Of a stretch of DNA of 64,000 bases, positions 1-12,033 are shown piece after piece (position 1 is the first letter of the stretch; each line of letters begins with the position of its first letter). The notes under the pieces were generated by a model, which saw only the letters and a list, made by a program, of their open reading frames with translations, was not told the origin of the DNA and ran no database searches. The position numbers were made by a program, and so were the translations under genes. Source of the DNA: Macrostomum hystrix (Eukaryota > Animalia > Platyhelminthes); assembly GCA_950097015.1 (NCBI GenBank), contig CATNEN010000001.1:14632001-14696000 (forward strand). Reading direction: 5' to 3'.

Positions 1-233
1 AACTAATGCTGGGATTGTCAATGTGCATTCATTGCTTTGACATTTTTCCCTCTGCATAAGACTAATGCTGGGATTGTCAATGTGCATTCATTGCTTTGAA
101 ATTTTTCCCTCTGCATAAAACTAATGCTGGGATTGTCAATGTGCATTCATTGCTTTGACATTTTTCCCTCTGCATAAAACTAATGCTGAGATTGTCAATG
201 GGCATTCATTGCTTTGACATTTTCCCTCTGCAT
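1..233. repeat. 59-bp tandem repeat (~4 copies, continues off the left edge)
   Basis: Unit aactaatgctgggattgtcaatgtgcattcattgctttgacatttttccctctgcataa recurs at 1, 60, 119, 178. Confidence 0.95.
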
Positions 234-1270
234 TTGTCAGATAAATTTTTCTTTCACGAACGTGACGCGCCTCATCGTGGCGTGAAAGTGAACAGTGCGT
301 GTTTCAATCTTTTGTACTGGCCAAGACGTCACTACTAGTTAGTCTAGGTGTTTTACAACCTTCTGTACTGAATATCCACGAACCAATCACTTCATATATT
401 TTATTCTATCTATTCACATTCTTTATACCCAGAAATTTGCTGTTATAGTAGACTCCCTCTCACAAAGTTGACCTATTTTGTCTTGTTTCCGGTACGTAAA
501 TCAAGAAATCAAAGCAATGAACGCTACTTTTAGTTTAAGATTTAGTATCATTTGCGATTCAGCTCTCAATCTGCGTGTTCTCAATATAATTTCCTGCTTT
601 CATTCATTTTTTCCCTATGTTCCGTGGTGCACAACTGCTGGACTGGAGAACAATCGCACTCGGCACCAAAAGATGTAGTGGCACTTTTAGGCTTAAATAC
701 AGGTAAAAGATGCTTTTAATTACTTATATTTGTAACTTATTTATTGAATTTTATATTCAAGTTCAATTCCCACCCTGCCAGGAAATGCGAACTGGACTCG
801 ACAGTTTAGCTTATTCGGAGGCAGCCTTGCAAAAACAGTGGCGAAGCCTGTCTGTCACGAGCAGAAACCGTAGCCGGCCGTCAGTGTCGGCCACCTTCAC
901 GATGCGCGGTTTCTCAATGTACGTACGAAATTAATCAATTTTCGACATGTACAGCAAGCAAACCGATGCCTTAAGTACCTAAGTTCAGCCGATTGTACTT
1001 TTGCAAAAACAAGAAAGTGTTTCATGTTTAAGATTTTAACAGTAACGGCATTGAGGTCGATTGCTGGTAATGTACTGTACGTATCGAGTGCAATCGTAAC
1101 AAGTAGCTCTACATGTACCTCAATCTCAGCAAAAATTAGATTAATTGGATGTCAGTATAGAATTGGATTTCTCATCTCAATCTGATACGAATTTAACGCC
1201 AAAAGCCCCATTGTCAGAACTCTGTTTCCTGAAGTGAAAGTGTAAATTAATTGTCATGAGAGTCGAATTT

Positions 1271-2272
1271 AAGCAGTATGTATTCAACTCAGTGTAACCA
1301 CTGATGAATCCGTAAATGTACCCCTACTTCACCATGGTTTCGATAGTCAACTATAAGCAGTATATATTCAACTCAGTGTAACCATTGATGTATCCGTAAA
1401 TGTACCCCCACTTCACCATGGTTCAGATAGTCAACTATAAGCAGTATATATTCAACTCAGTGTAACCACTGATGAATCCGTAAATGTACCCCCACTTCAC
1501 CATGGTTCAGATAGTCAACTATAAGCAGTATATATTCAACTCAGTGTAACCACTGATGAATCCGTAAATGTACCCCCACTTCACCATGGTTCAGATAGTC
1601 AACTATAAGCAGTATATATTCAACTCAGTGTAACCACTGATGAATCCGTAAATGTACCCCCACTTCACCATGGTTCAGATAGTCAACTATAAGCAGTATG
1701 TATTCAACTCAGTGTAACCACTGATGAATCCGTAAATGTACCCCCACTTCACCATGGTTTCGATAGTCAACTATAAGCAGTATATATTCAACTCAGTGTA
1801 ACCACTGATGTATCCGTAAATGTACCCCCACTTCACCATGGTTCAGATAGTCAACTATAAGCAGTATATATTCAACTCAGTGTAACCACTGATGAATCCG
1901 TAAATGTACCCCCACTTCACCATGGTTCAGATAGTCAACTATAAGCAGTATATATTCAACTCAGTGTAACCACTGATGAATCCGTAAATGTACCCCCACT
2001 TCACCATGGTTCAGATAGTCAACTATAAGCATTATATATTCAACTCAGTGTAACCACTGATGAATCCGTAAATGTACCCCCACTTCAACAGTTCAGATAG
2101 TCAACTATAAGCAGTATATATTCAACTCAGTGTAACCACTGATGAATCCGTAAATGTACCCCCACTTCAACAGTTCAGATAGTCAACTATAAGCATAGTT
2201 GCTTATAGTGCTTTTAGTTGAGTATCTGAACTGTTGAAGTGGGGGTACATTTACGGATTCATCAGTGGTTAC
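1271..2272. repeat. 84-bp tandem array (~11 copies) ending in an inverted partial unit
   Basis: Unit aagcagtatatattcaactcagtgtaaccactgatgaatccgtaaatgtacccccacttcaccatggttcagatagtcaactat with period 84; ~2216-2272 is the reverse complement of part of the last unit. Confidence 0.95.
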
Positions 2273-2330
2273 CTAATAGTATGCAGGCAGTAGCTAGCAA
2301 TCGGCTAGGTATACTTGAAATGTTTTCGCA

Positions 2331-2519
2331 TGTATTTCGTCAAATTTTCTAGGTGACTTTCAAGGCTAATAAGTTCGAGTAGAAATCATTTGTAATCATG
2401 AAACAGCTAAGTCGTGTAGGAAATCATTTCTAGATTGATTTCCAATCGAATCCGACTCGATAGACTGTGCTCAAATCTATTGGGACACCGACGACAGCCA
2501 TATACTAGTGACTGTAGTC
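2331..2519 (+). repeat. Dispersed ~190-bp repeat, second copy at 51245-51433
   Basis: tgtatttcgt(c/t)aaattttctaggtg...aagttcgagtagaaatcattt...gtcgtgtaggaaatcatttctagattgattt...actgtagt shared in the same orientation with scattered mismatches. Confidence 0.85.
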
Positions 2520-3040
2520 AGAGTCGATAAAATTACTAAATAGTAAGAAAATTGTCATTACGTATTTTCTTCAAAAGATATTGAGCTCAGACCGCCTAGA
2601 AAGAATTTCCCGTCCGAAAATAGTTTAGAAAACACAGTACCTAATAGTATGGAAGCAGTAGCTCGCAATCGGCTAGGTACTAGTAATCGTGACACTGCAC
2701 TAAAACAAACTGAAACCAACACAGTTATTTAGGCAACATCCAGATGATTGAAAAAAACATGCAACACTGAGCTTTTGAAGGCTGTCTTATCTACTTAATA
2801 AGGCCTTAAAGTGCACCAATACAAAATGTACTTTTTAAGAACACGTATACGTTTGTAGAACAGGTGCACATCTGGAATCGCGCATGCCGTTATTGGATAG
2901 CCCCCTGATGTGCCGTCAAAAATTCAGCATACGAAACTTAAAAAAATAACGATATTCGCACTTCAAAAAACTAACTTTTAGCTTTTGATGAATAAAAGTG
3001 CTAATTTTCTAAAACGCATAAAAATTAAGAGACTTTAAAG

Positions 3041-4810
3041 CTAAGGCCCTATTTGGCTATCACCGGGGTCGGTATGTTTTACACTTGCTTCCGTTAGAAG
3101 CTCATAGCGGATGAAAGTTACGGGATAGATGAAGTTGAGGGTAGAAGCTTGCCCACTGAGCTCAGGCAGAATGCCGAATAAAATAAAGAACGCTGATAAT
3201 AGAAAGGCCAAAAGGATTAAAATTGGTGACCGTAATGTCTTGCTCGCCTCAGATTTGAACTCAAGTGACTCTGGGTTTTCGCTCATGCAAGTAATATCTG
3301 GTTTACTAATAACGCAGACTCAAACCACACAAGGGATGATTCACACAAAGGAATAAACGACTCAATGAACTTAATAAACAGGTTAGAGCCTAATAAACAA
3401 ATAAACAGGATAAGCGAGGCTGCTTACTAATAGAATTGATAAGGTGATGCTGCTTACCCATAAAATTGATAAGGGTTTCAAACAATTTTCCTAAGATCTG
3501 CGTCTAGCACCAGCAGCAGATAATCAACAACAGTGTTAATAGCAAAAATTACAACAAATTATTGCACTTTTAGCAGCTGCGGCGGCCAGTCGGTGACGAA
3601 GCTTATCTTAGAGCCGCACCTCGGCATAGCTCAGCAGGATAAGGTCGTAGCAACATCCGTAGTCCCACGTAGTCTCCGTAGTCTGCTAGTTAGTAATAAA
3701 AAATTGAAAATTATTAAAAATATAAGTATTTTTAAAGTAACTAAAATTAATAAATAAAAAATAGATAGAGCAGAGAAGTAAAATCAGGGACATTCCATCG
3801 TGGGCCAATTCCTTATATACTTATTTATAACAAACATATTTATAACGAACGTTTCAATAATATATAAAATACAAACTACAAACCAAGATTAAATTAAGTT
3901 AACGGATGCGCACCTGACATGACTTATAGACTTTTCTTTGGGTTTTAGTTGTCCCTGGCTGTGGACCAGGTGAAACTGCTCCGGGAAGCTGCTGATTAAC
4001 CCCTGCAGAGCTAACGCTGCGGCTGCCTCATGGAATGGCTAGAGCAGCCAATCAAACATGTCGACACCGGTGACGCCCATCTGAAGTGGTCCCAGACCCT
4101 TTGACTTGGCCACCAGCTGGAACACGTCCATGGCGGCAAGAAGGTCGCTGCCTGGGCCGCAGCCGAGTGACAGGACCTCATAGCTGGTGCTGCTGGTGTT
4201 TGAGCCCATGATGGCGTCATAGAGCTCAGCTTGAATCAGCTGGCGAATGGACAACCGCTTCTTCGGGAGCTCGCACACTGTGTATGCGGCCCTAAATTCA
4301 CTTGATTGGTAGAACCCTAAGTTTCCTTTGTCGCCTGACTGACTGGAAAACAAAAGTAGAATATTTTACTAATTTCAACAAATATGTTTTTAAAATATAT
4401 TTTGTGAGCACAGGCTATGGAATCTTTGAGTCTCTATAGCATCTGAGTCTATCCTATCTAGGCCAATGAGATCTGAGTCTATGCCATGAATTTCTATCTG
4501 AGTATGAAAAGGCAAAATAATGAAAATAGGAGACAAACACATTAAACACATTGAGATTAACCTGGCTGAATTATATAATAATTAATTAAGAAGTCATATT
4601 GCTTAAAAAGACACGGAGGATAAGCGAGGCTGCTTACTAATAGAATTGATAAGGTGATGCTGCTTACTCATAGAATTGATAATGTTTAACGGGTTTCAAA
4701 CAATTTTACTAAAGCACTCCCGCACGCCAGCTGGAGCACCCGCTGGCACTCCTGCTGGCGCACCGGCTCGATGTCATTGTCGATGACGAATATTCGGCTG
4801 CCAAGTCTTA
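3041..4810 (-). pseudogene. Decayed class I SAM-dependent methyltransferase-like gene, multi-exon and possibly tandemly duplicated
   Basis: Exon 4342-3914 (ttttccag acceptor, ag|gtgcg donor) encodes YEVLSLGCGPGSDLLA (motif I) and VTGVD..DW, with an in-frame TAG at 4039-4041 after which the frame stays open. Segment ~3680-3560 encodes YDLILLSYA (motif IV-like); ~4800-4720 encodes RIFVIDND. Confidence 0.6.
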
Positions 4811-4879
4811 ACACGTGAAACAAAGCAACTATGATGATTTCTAGAGAAGCATGGAGGCTCAACTGGCTGGTAGATCACA

Positions 4880-7630
4880 CCATCAGCAACATCACCTCAT
4901 CAATTCTATGTGACAGCAGCATCATATTATCAATTCTATAAGTCAGCAGCATCATCTTATCAATTCTATGAGTCAGCAGCATCATCTTATTAATTCTATA
5001 AGTCAGCAGCATCATATTATCAATTCTGTGTCAGAAGCATCATATTATCAATTCTATAAGTCAGCAGCATCATCTTATCAATTCTGAGTCAGCAGCATCA
5101 TCTTATCAGTTCTATGAGTCAGCAGCATCATCTTATCAATTCTATGTGTCAGAAGCATCATATTATCAATTCTATGAGTCAGCAGCATCATCTTATCAAT
5201 TCTATGTGTCAGCAGCATCATCTTATCAATTCTATGAGTCAGCAGCATCATATTATCAATTCTATGTGTCAGAAGCATCATATTATCAATTCTATGAGTC
5301 AGCAGCATCATCTTATCAATTCTATGTGTCAGAAGCATCATATTATAAATTCTATAAGTCAGCAGCATTATCTTATCAATTCTGAGTCAGCAGCATCATC
5401 TTATCAATTCTATAAGTCAGCAGCATCATCTTATCAATTCTATAAGTCAGCAGCATCATATTATCAATTCTATTTGTCAGAAGCATCATATCAATTCTTT
5501 AAGTCAGCAGCATCATCTTATCAGTTCTATGAGTCAGCAGCATCATCTTATCAATTCTATGTGTCAGAAGCATCATATTATCAATTCTATGAGTCAGCAG
5601 CATCATCTTATCAATTCTATGTGTCAGCAGCATCATCTTATCAATTCTATGAGTCAGCAGCATCATATTATCAATTCTATGTGTCAGAAGCATCATATTA
5701 TCAATTCTATGAGTCAGCAGCATCATCTTATCAATTCTATGTGTCAGAAGCATCATATTATAAATTCTATAAGTCAGCAGCATCATCTTATCAATTCTGA
5801 GTCAGCAGCATCATCTTATCAATTCTATAAGTCAGCAGCATCATCTTATCAATTCTATAAGTCAGCAGCATCATATTATCAATTCTATTTGTCAGAAGCA
5901 TCATATCAATTCTTTAAGTCAGCAGCATCATCTTATCAATTCTATAAGTCAGCAGCATCATCTTATCAATTCTGAGTCAGCAGCATCATCTTATCAATTC
6001 TATAAGTCAGCAGCATCATCTTATCAATTCTATAAGTCAGCAGCATCATATTATCAATTCTATTTGTCAGAAGCATCATATTATCAATTCTTTAAGTCAG
6101 CAGCATCATCTTATCAATTCTATAAGTCAGCAGCATAATCTTATCAATTCTGAGTCAGCAGCATCACCTTATCAATTCTATAAGTCAGCAGCATCATATT
6201 ATCAATTCTATTTGTCAGAAGCATCATATCAATTCTTTAAGTCAGCAGCATCATCTTATCAATTCTATAAGTCAGCAGCATCATCTTATCAATTCTGAGT
6301 CAGCAGCATCATCTTATCAATTCTATAAGTCAGCAGCATCATCTTATCAATTCTATAAGTCAGCAGCATCATATTATCAATTCTATTTGTCAGAAGCATC
6401 ATATTATCAATTCTTTAAGTCAGCAGCATCATCTTATCAATTCTATAAGTCAGCAGCATCACCTTATCAATTCTATAAGTACGAGGGGCTTACAGAAGGT
6501 TTTGAGATACGTCTTTCTTATAAGTTGCAGCTGCACGCCTTTTAATGTACATACTCTACCACCTCAAAAATATTTTCAAATAATTATTAATTACAGTATA
6601 AACTTTCAGCCTTTGCGCTCTTGTCAATTTTTCACAATCACTCTTTAAAGTCAATACCCCCTACCAAACTGTACTCGCTCCAATGGAGTTGACAAACCGT
6701 GATTTTCGTGCCGCGATTGTTTACGACCAGCGTAAAGGTCTCACGCGAGAGCAATGCGTTTAAAGTTTATTCGCGGATGATGCCACTCCAACGAAGGTCA
6801 AGCGGGCCCGCAGCGTCGAAAAGCAGATGGTGGCGACTTTCTTCAGCCAGGCTGCCCATCTGGCGACTGTAGCGCTCCAAGACAGGCGTACAGTCAATGC
6901 CGACTGGTGTTCGATGCGTGGCGCAGACGCCGGCCGCGCACCGGACTTCGTGGCCTGCTGCTGCACCACGACAATGCCAGTGCGCACACGGCTGCTGCAC
7001 CACGACAATGCCAGTGCGCACACGGCTGCTGCACCACGACAATGCCAGTGCGCACACGGCTGCTGCACCACGACAATGCCAGTGCGCACACGGCTGCAAC
7101 ATTGGCATTTCTGACCGAGAATGAAGTCCAGCTGGTGACGCATCCTGCATATTCGCCCGACCTGGCACCCTGCGACTTCTTTCTCTTCCCTTTAGTAAAG
7201 AACCAACTGCGTGGGACTCGGTTTGAGAGCCCGGAAGCAGCGAGAATCGAGTTTGAGCGGGTGGTTTCAGCAGTGCCTAAAGAACAATGGGCTGGAGCCT
7301 GGACGCAGTGGTTTCACTGAATGAGGACATGTGTACAAGCTGGTGGCAACTACTTTGAAAAATTGACAGAAAATTTGACTCAGACACTTTTCGTTTCGGT
7401 GCATCACAAAACTTTCAGTACACCCCTCGTAAGCAGCATCACCTCATCAATTCTGTGAGTCCGCAGCATCACCTCATCAATTATATGGGTCAGCAGCATA
7501 ACCTTATCAATTGTATGAGTAAGCAGCATCATCTCATCAATTTCATTAGTCAGCAGCATCACCTCATCAATTTCATTAGTCAGCAGCAATACCTCATAAA
7601 TTTCATTAGTCAGTAGCATGACCTTATCAC
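4880..7630. repeat. 30-bp minisatellite (tcagcagcatcatcttatcaattctat(g/a)ag)n interrupted by a mariner element
   Basis: Dozens of copies at 4880-6479 and more diverged copies at 7432-7630; short inverted copies at ~3415-3475 and ~4625-4683. The ORFs at 5078-5975 are translations of this repeat. Confidence 0.95.
6482..7429 (+). mobile_element. Internally deleted mariner (DD34D) transposon
   Basis: TA|cgagggg...cccctcg|TA with ~28-bp imperfect TIRs. Transposase pieces MELTNRDFRAAIVYD (ATG 6683), PTKVKRARS..KQMVATFF, LLHHDNASAH, HPAYSPDLAPCDFFLFP and GGNYFEK; premature TGA at 7318-7320. Confidence 0.95.
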
Positions 7631-7660
7631 ATTATCATCGCACATTACATTATTATTATA

Positions 7661-8588
7661 CGAGCGAGGGGTGTCCCAGAAATAGCGAGAAAAATCGATG
7701 CACAGGCAAACTGGTGAAACATAGTTTATTGAAACTTACGTCACTGATAAATAAACATTCAGCAGTTCTAACACTTTTTAAACTAAGTAAATATATCAAT
7801 TCATTAAAAAATTATGGCTAAAATTAGAACAAGGGGTAAGGGGTAGAGTTGAACCAAGTCAAGGCCCTAACCTAAGTTTTTCCTTAGACAATTTTTGCGA
7901 CAGAAAAAAATAAGCAGAAGCATCAGTGAACAGAAGAAGAAAAAGGCAACAGACGAGCAGAGAAGCGTGAGCACCAGAATCAAAAGAAGCAGAAGCTGAC
8001 GCAAGAAATACCTGTGGCACCAACGACAGCAAGCACGAGACATCGCGAATATCGACATTTTGTGCGCCTCGACAAGACGCCGCTGTTGAGTTTGGATTTT
8101 TTTCATTCCCCCTTGTTCAATCGTTCAATGTTTAGCGTTTCGTCAAACTTCAATTCATCGGATCTTGTCTGTGGATCTTGGTATGTCAGTCCGTGAAACT
8201 GACGGCGAGATGGGTACCTCGTTTGTTGACAGAAGAAATGAAAACTGTAAGAATGAAGCCCTGCAGGGAGAATCTTGAGCTGGTGCGTAATGCTGGTGGA
8301 TGGGAGAGTTTCCAACCCTATGTGGTCGGCGATGAATCCTGGACTTTGACCCTGAGACCAAGCAGGAAAGCAAGGTGTGGGCGTTGAAGTGTTCAGATCC
8401 ACCTGAGAAGGCGAAGCGAGACCAGCACTGCAAGATCATGCTGACCCTTTTCTTCGATAAATTTACTTGATTTAAAAAGCGTTAGAACTGCTGAATGTTT
8501 ATTTATCAGTGACGTAAGTTTCAATAAACTATGTTTCACCAGTTTGCCTGTGCATCGATTTTTCTCGCTATTTCTGGGACACCCTACG
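7661..8588 (+). mobile_element. Second mariner derivative with ~130-bp long inverted ends
   Basis: 7668-~7790 is the reverse complement of ~8460-8584; TA at both flanks. Internal transposase pieces KLTARWVPRLLT, VVGDESW and KIMLTLFFD. Confidence 0.9.
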
Positions 8589-8617
8589 TAACATTCATTC
8601 ATTCATTCATTCATTCC

Positions 8618-10449
8618 TCATTCCTTCTTTAGCTTTTGGATAACTTCGAGTTGCATCCGCTGCAACTCGAAGAAGGCATCCTGAATGAAAGGAGATAAAA
8701 ACATTTTTTACCTTTTATTTCAAGTATGAAGACTAAGACGCTCAAAGTAGACAACAATATATAGAAGTGTAAATAGCTACTAAAAACCTTTTGGACTGCA
8801 ATATGTGCACGTATCTAAAGTCACGGACTAAAGTCTAAAGTATAAATTTTAGCCACTAACTGACATAATCATCTTAGGATTGGGGTAGTCTATAGGTCTA
8901 TAAGTCTATAGACTATAAGTCTATAAGTCTATATATTTTAGGGACAGTATTTCTATGGTCCAATAATAAAAAACGGTTTAATATCATAAACCTCACCAGC
9001 TGGCTACGCTTGGCGCGCCATTTCCGGCCACCTCGGCGCTGCTGTTGCCGCTGCTGCCGTTGCTGTTGCCACTGCTGCTGCTGCCACTGCTGCCGCTGCC
9101 GCCACTGCTGCTGCTGCCGCTGCTGCCACTGCTGCTGCTGCTGCTGCCGCTGCTGCTGCTGCCGCTGCTGCCACTGCTGCTCCCAAGGCCTGGGTGGCCA
9201 AGGTGGCCTTTGGCTCTGTTTTTTGTGGAATGGAGTATAGTTATGGAAATGTGAATTGTTATTAAAAAAAATGAAATGAAATGAAATAGTGTTTTAATCA
9301 CATTAAATCGTTAAATAATGTTAAATAATACGATTAGTTCGTGATATTTCATGCAGTGACGCGATCAGTGCTTCTGTGGCCTCGGCTACAAAAGTGTGAA
9401 GTACACAAATACACATTGGTGCATAATTGTATCATTCACGAGAGTAAGTGCATAAAGTGAGTGGTGATGGTTGCTTGTTTTGTGCTGTTGCTGTTAATGT
9501 TACTTCCGTGCTGTGCTTGCGAAGTGGCTTTCGCATGAGCGAAATCAGAACTAGCGATTTTAAGTTCCAGTGTGCGTTAGTTATAATTTCTGGAAAACCA
9601 ATCATTTTACGTGCATGATGACGTTATTGATGTTAAATAGTGCAATAATATTAAATTTAATTAGGCTTTTAAAATCAGATCCTCACACGCTATTTCATAT
9701 CCTCAGACAGCATTTCTGAAATTTAAAACAATGAGATTTAAAGTGAAAAAGTTTCTGCTGAAAGTCACTAGGCTGAAATTCGCGCCCTGGCCTTATTATT
9801 AGCCGATTCAAGCATAATTAATGAATTTCGCTTTTGGCGAAGTTTTTAAATCGGCAAACATTTCGCGCGCACTATTCACTTTACTGACCAGAACTTGCGC
9901 ATAAGTTCGCTGCGGCTGCTGCTGTTGCTGTTGCGGCTTCTTCTTCTTCTTTATTCAGACCGCGCCCAAGTCAGAACAGCGGTTCTGATAGGGGCGGGGG
10001 CGGCCAGCGCCCCATGCTCCGCAGGAGGGAAATGGCCTTGCCGGGCTGGCGCAGGAGCTCCTGGTGGTCCGTGCCAACCAGGGCAAGGCGCTTTGCGTCG
10101 CCCCGAGGGCAGTAGAATATGGCGTGTTGCGGCGTGTCCACGGCTCCGCAGTCGGCGCAGAGTTCGTGTTCCGCGAGGCCGAAGCGGTGCAGCGTCTCGC
10201 GGCAGAGGGTTGTCGCGTTCGCACGCAGTTGGTTAGCAAACACGGTTTCAGCACGGTTGCGAGCATCCCCGAAGGTCGGCCAGGTGGCGCTAGGGAGGCT
10301 GCGCGCGTCAAGCCTTTGCCGCTCTCGTCGAATGGCGGCTTTGGCCGTGTCCAGCGGGATGCCTACGTCGAATTGCTCGAGGAGTACCGCCTCGTTTGCC
10401 AGCTGTTGCGGCTGCTGCTGTTGCTGTTGCGGCTGCTGTTGCTGTTGCC

Positions 10450-10483
<34 letters not shown>

Positions 10484-10954
10484 CCGCTGTTGCGGCTGCG
10501 GCTGCTGTTGCTGTTGCCGCTGCTGCTGTTGCTGTTGCGGCTGCTGTTGCTGTTGCGGCTGCTGTTGCTGTTGCCGCTGCTGCTGTTGCTGTTGCGGCTG
10601 CGGCTGCTGTTGCGGCTGCTGTTGTTGCCGCTGCTGCTGCCGCGTCTGCGGCGTCTGCTACTGCCGCGTCTGCGGCGTCTGCTGCTGCCGCTGTTGCTGC
10701 TGCTGCTGTTGTGGCTGCTGCTGCTGTTGCTGCTGCGGCTGCTGTTGCGGCTGCTGTTGTTGCCGCTGCTGCTGCCGCGTCTGCGGCGTCTGCTGCTGCC
10801 GCTGTTGCTGCTGCTGCTGTTGTGGCTGCTGCTGCTGTTGCTGCTGCTGCTGTTGCTGCTGTTGCTGCTGCTGCTGTTGCCGCTGCTGCTGCCGCGTCTG
10901 CGGCGTCTGCGGCTGCCGTTGCTGCCGCTCCTCCTCCTCCTCCGCCAAAACTAG
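8618..10954 (-). pseudogene. Spliced glutamine-rich gene, disrupted by a LINE insertion and a CAG>TAG stop
   Basis: Phase-consistent exons: 10954-9889 (polyQ...QRTYAQVL|gtcagt), 9215-8997 (SQRPPW...QRRGGRKWRAKRSQL|gtgagg) and 8680-8618 (DAFFELQRMQLEVIQKLKKE*). TAG at 10658-10660. The upstream start exon was not identified. Confidence 0.55.
9939..10402 (-). mobile_element. 5'-truncated non-LTR retrotransposon (I/Ingi-like group): end of RNase H plus CCHC knuckle
   Basis: LANEA...LHRFGLAEHELCADCGAVDTPQHAIFYCP; 3' end aataaa(gaa)n; flanked by duplicated tgcggctgctgctgttgctgttgcgg (~9912-9938 and ~10406-10431). Confidence 0.8.
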
Positions 10955-11334
10955 AGTTCCAACTAACTCTCTTTTTTTGGCGAAGAAGGAGGAGGGCCCA
11001 TAGGTCGCATTTGACCCATTTTTAAATGAAATAGAAATGTCGCTGCGAGTAGTCTGCGAGATGTCGCTGCAACAGATAAAATATTGTAGCAATAACAGAC
11101 AGCTGATTTTAGAATTTTAGAGGTTTCTAATTTACACTAGGGAAATGAAAATGTAACTCAACAAAGTTGCTATTAGGCAAATTTAAATTCAGAAAGCAAC
11201 AAGGAGAAAAGTGTTTTTTCAAGAAGCCTACGAATTATAAGATTTACTTATTGAAACACATGCAATCGTTGCAAACAAATTTTAATGTAAAAACATGGCA
11301 CTAAATTTTCCGCCCTATGTAGTGCTCAAATGGG

Positions 11335-11490
11335 TTGTTTTTGCACAAAATCACGTTTTTCGATTTTGAGAGTCAATTATAAAATTTTTTTGCAACTGAC
11401 AGACGTGAGTGTCACTTTTTCTGAGAGTAGTCATCTAGATGTTTCTAATAAGTACTAATATGGGTCATTCTTATGCTTCACCTATCCTTA
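11335..11490. repeat. Dispersed ~155-bp repeat, probably a DNA-transposon terminus; second copy at 18831-18987
   Basis: gttgtttttgc..aaaatcacgtttttcgatttt...gcaactgacagacgtga...cttcacctatcctta is shared, and both copies end at cctta. Confidence 0.75.
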
Positions 11491-11640
11491 CCCCTTGCGC
11501 AAAATACGTCGCAAGAACGTCGCCAGAACGTCATGCCGCAACCGTCGCAGAACGTCGCATTTGTCCGTTACTGGTCAGTCGCTGCTACGTCGCACAATGA
11601 CTAAGCGGCAACGAATCCGCGACTAGCTTGCGACGCATGT
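11491..11640. mobile_element. Probable terminus of an animal CMC/EnSpm-like element
   Basis: TA|CCCC start followed by repeated (aac)gtcgca/tgcgac subterminal motifs; lies just 3' of a DUF4806-like accessory gene. Confidence 0.45.
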
Positions 11641-12033
11641 AGTTCAGTACTTTTTAGCTCGTATTTCATCCAATATATCCCAAAACTTTAGGTCAATGAA
11701 AGTGCTTGTAACTTTCAACACTTTATTGACATGGTAATAAAAATATTTAAGCGAAACTGATCGCAAAAAGAAGTTATACAGAATACAGTTAGAGCTAACT
11801 TAAAAAATATAATTTGCAACACTAATTTTAGTAAAGCATTTTGGCAAACATACATTATTGAAAATTAATTCTAAATCAATAAAGTAACGTTATTTTTTCA
11901 TATTAACGGTATTGAAAAACAGTAATTAAATTGATAAAATACGCGTCATATACGCAATAATCCGAAAAAAAGAAATAGATAAAAATTCATACGCGTCAAT
12001 AATGACAAACTGTTTCGTAGCATTGTTTCATTA

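Noticed and set aside
1271-2195. CRISPR-like array
   Set aside because: Units are contiguous near-identical repeats without unique spacers; eukaryotic context and no cas genes.
5078-5975. Repetitive ORFs (MMLLTHRID / SAASSYQFY / QQHHLINS)
   Set aside because: Translations of the 30-bp minisatellite in several frames.
10064-11025. Plus-strand poly-Leu, poly-Cys and poly-Ala ORFs
   Set aside because: Antisense shadows of the CAG-rich minus-strand exon.
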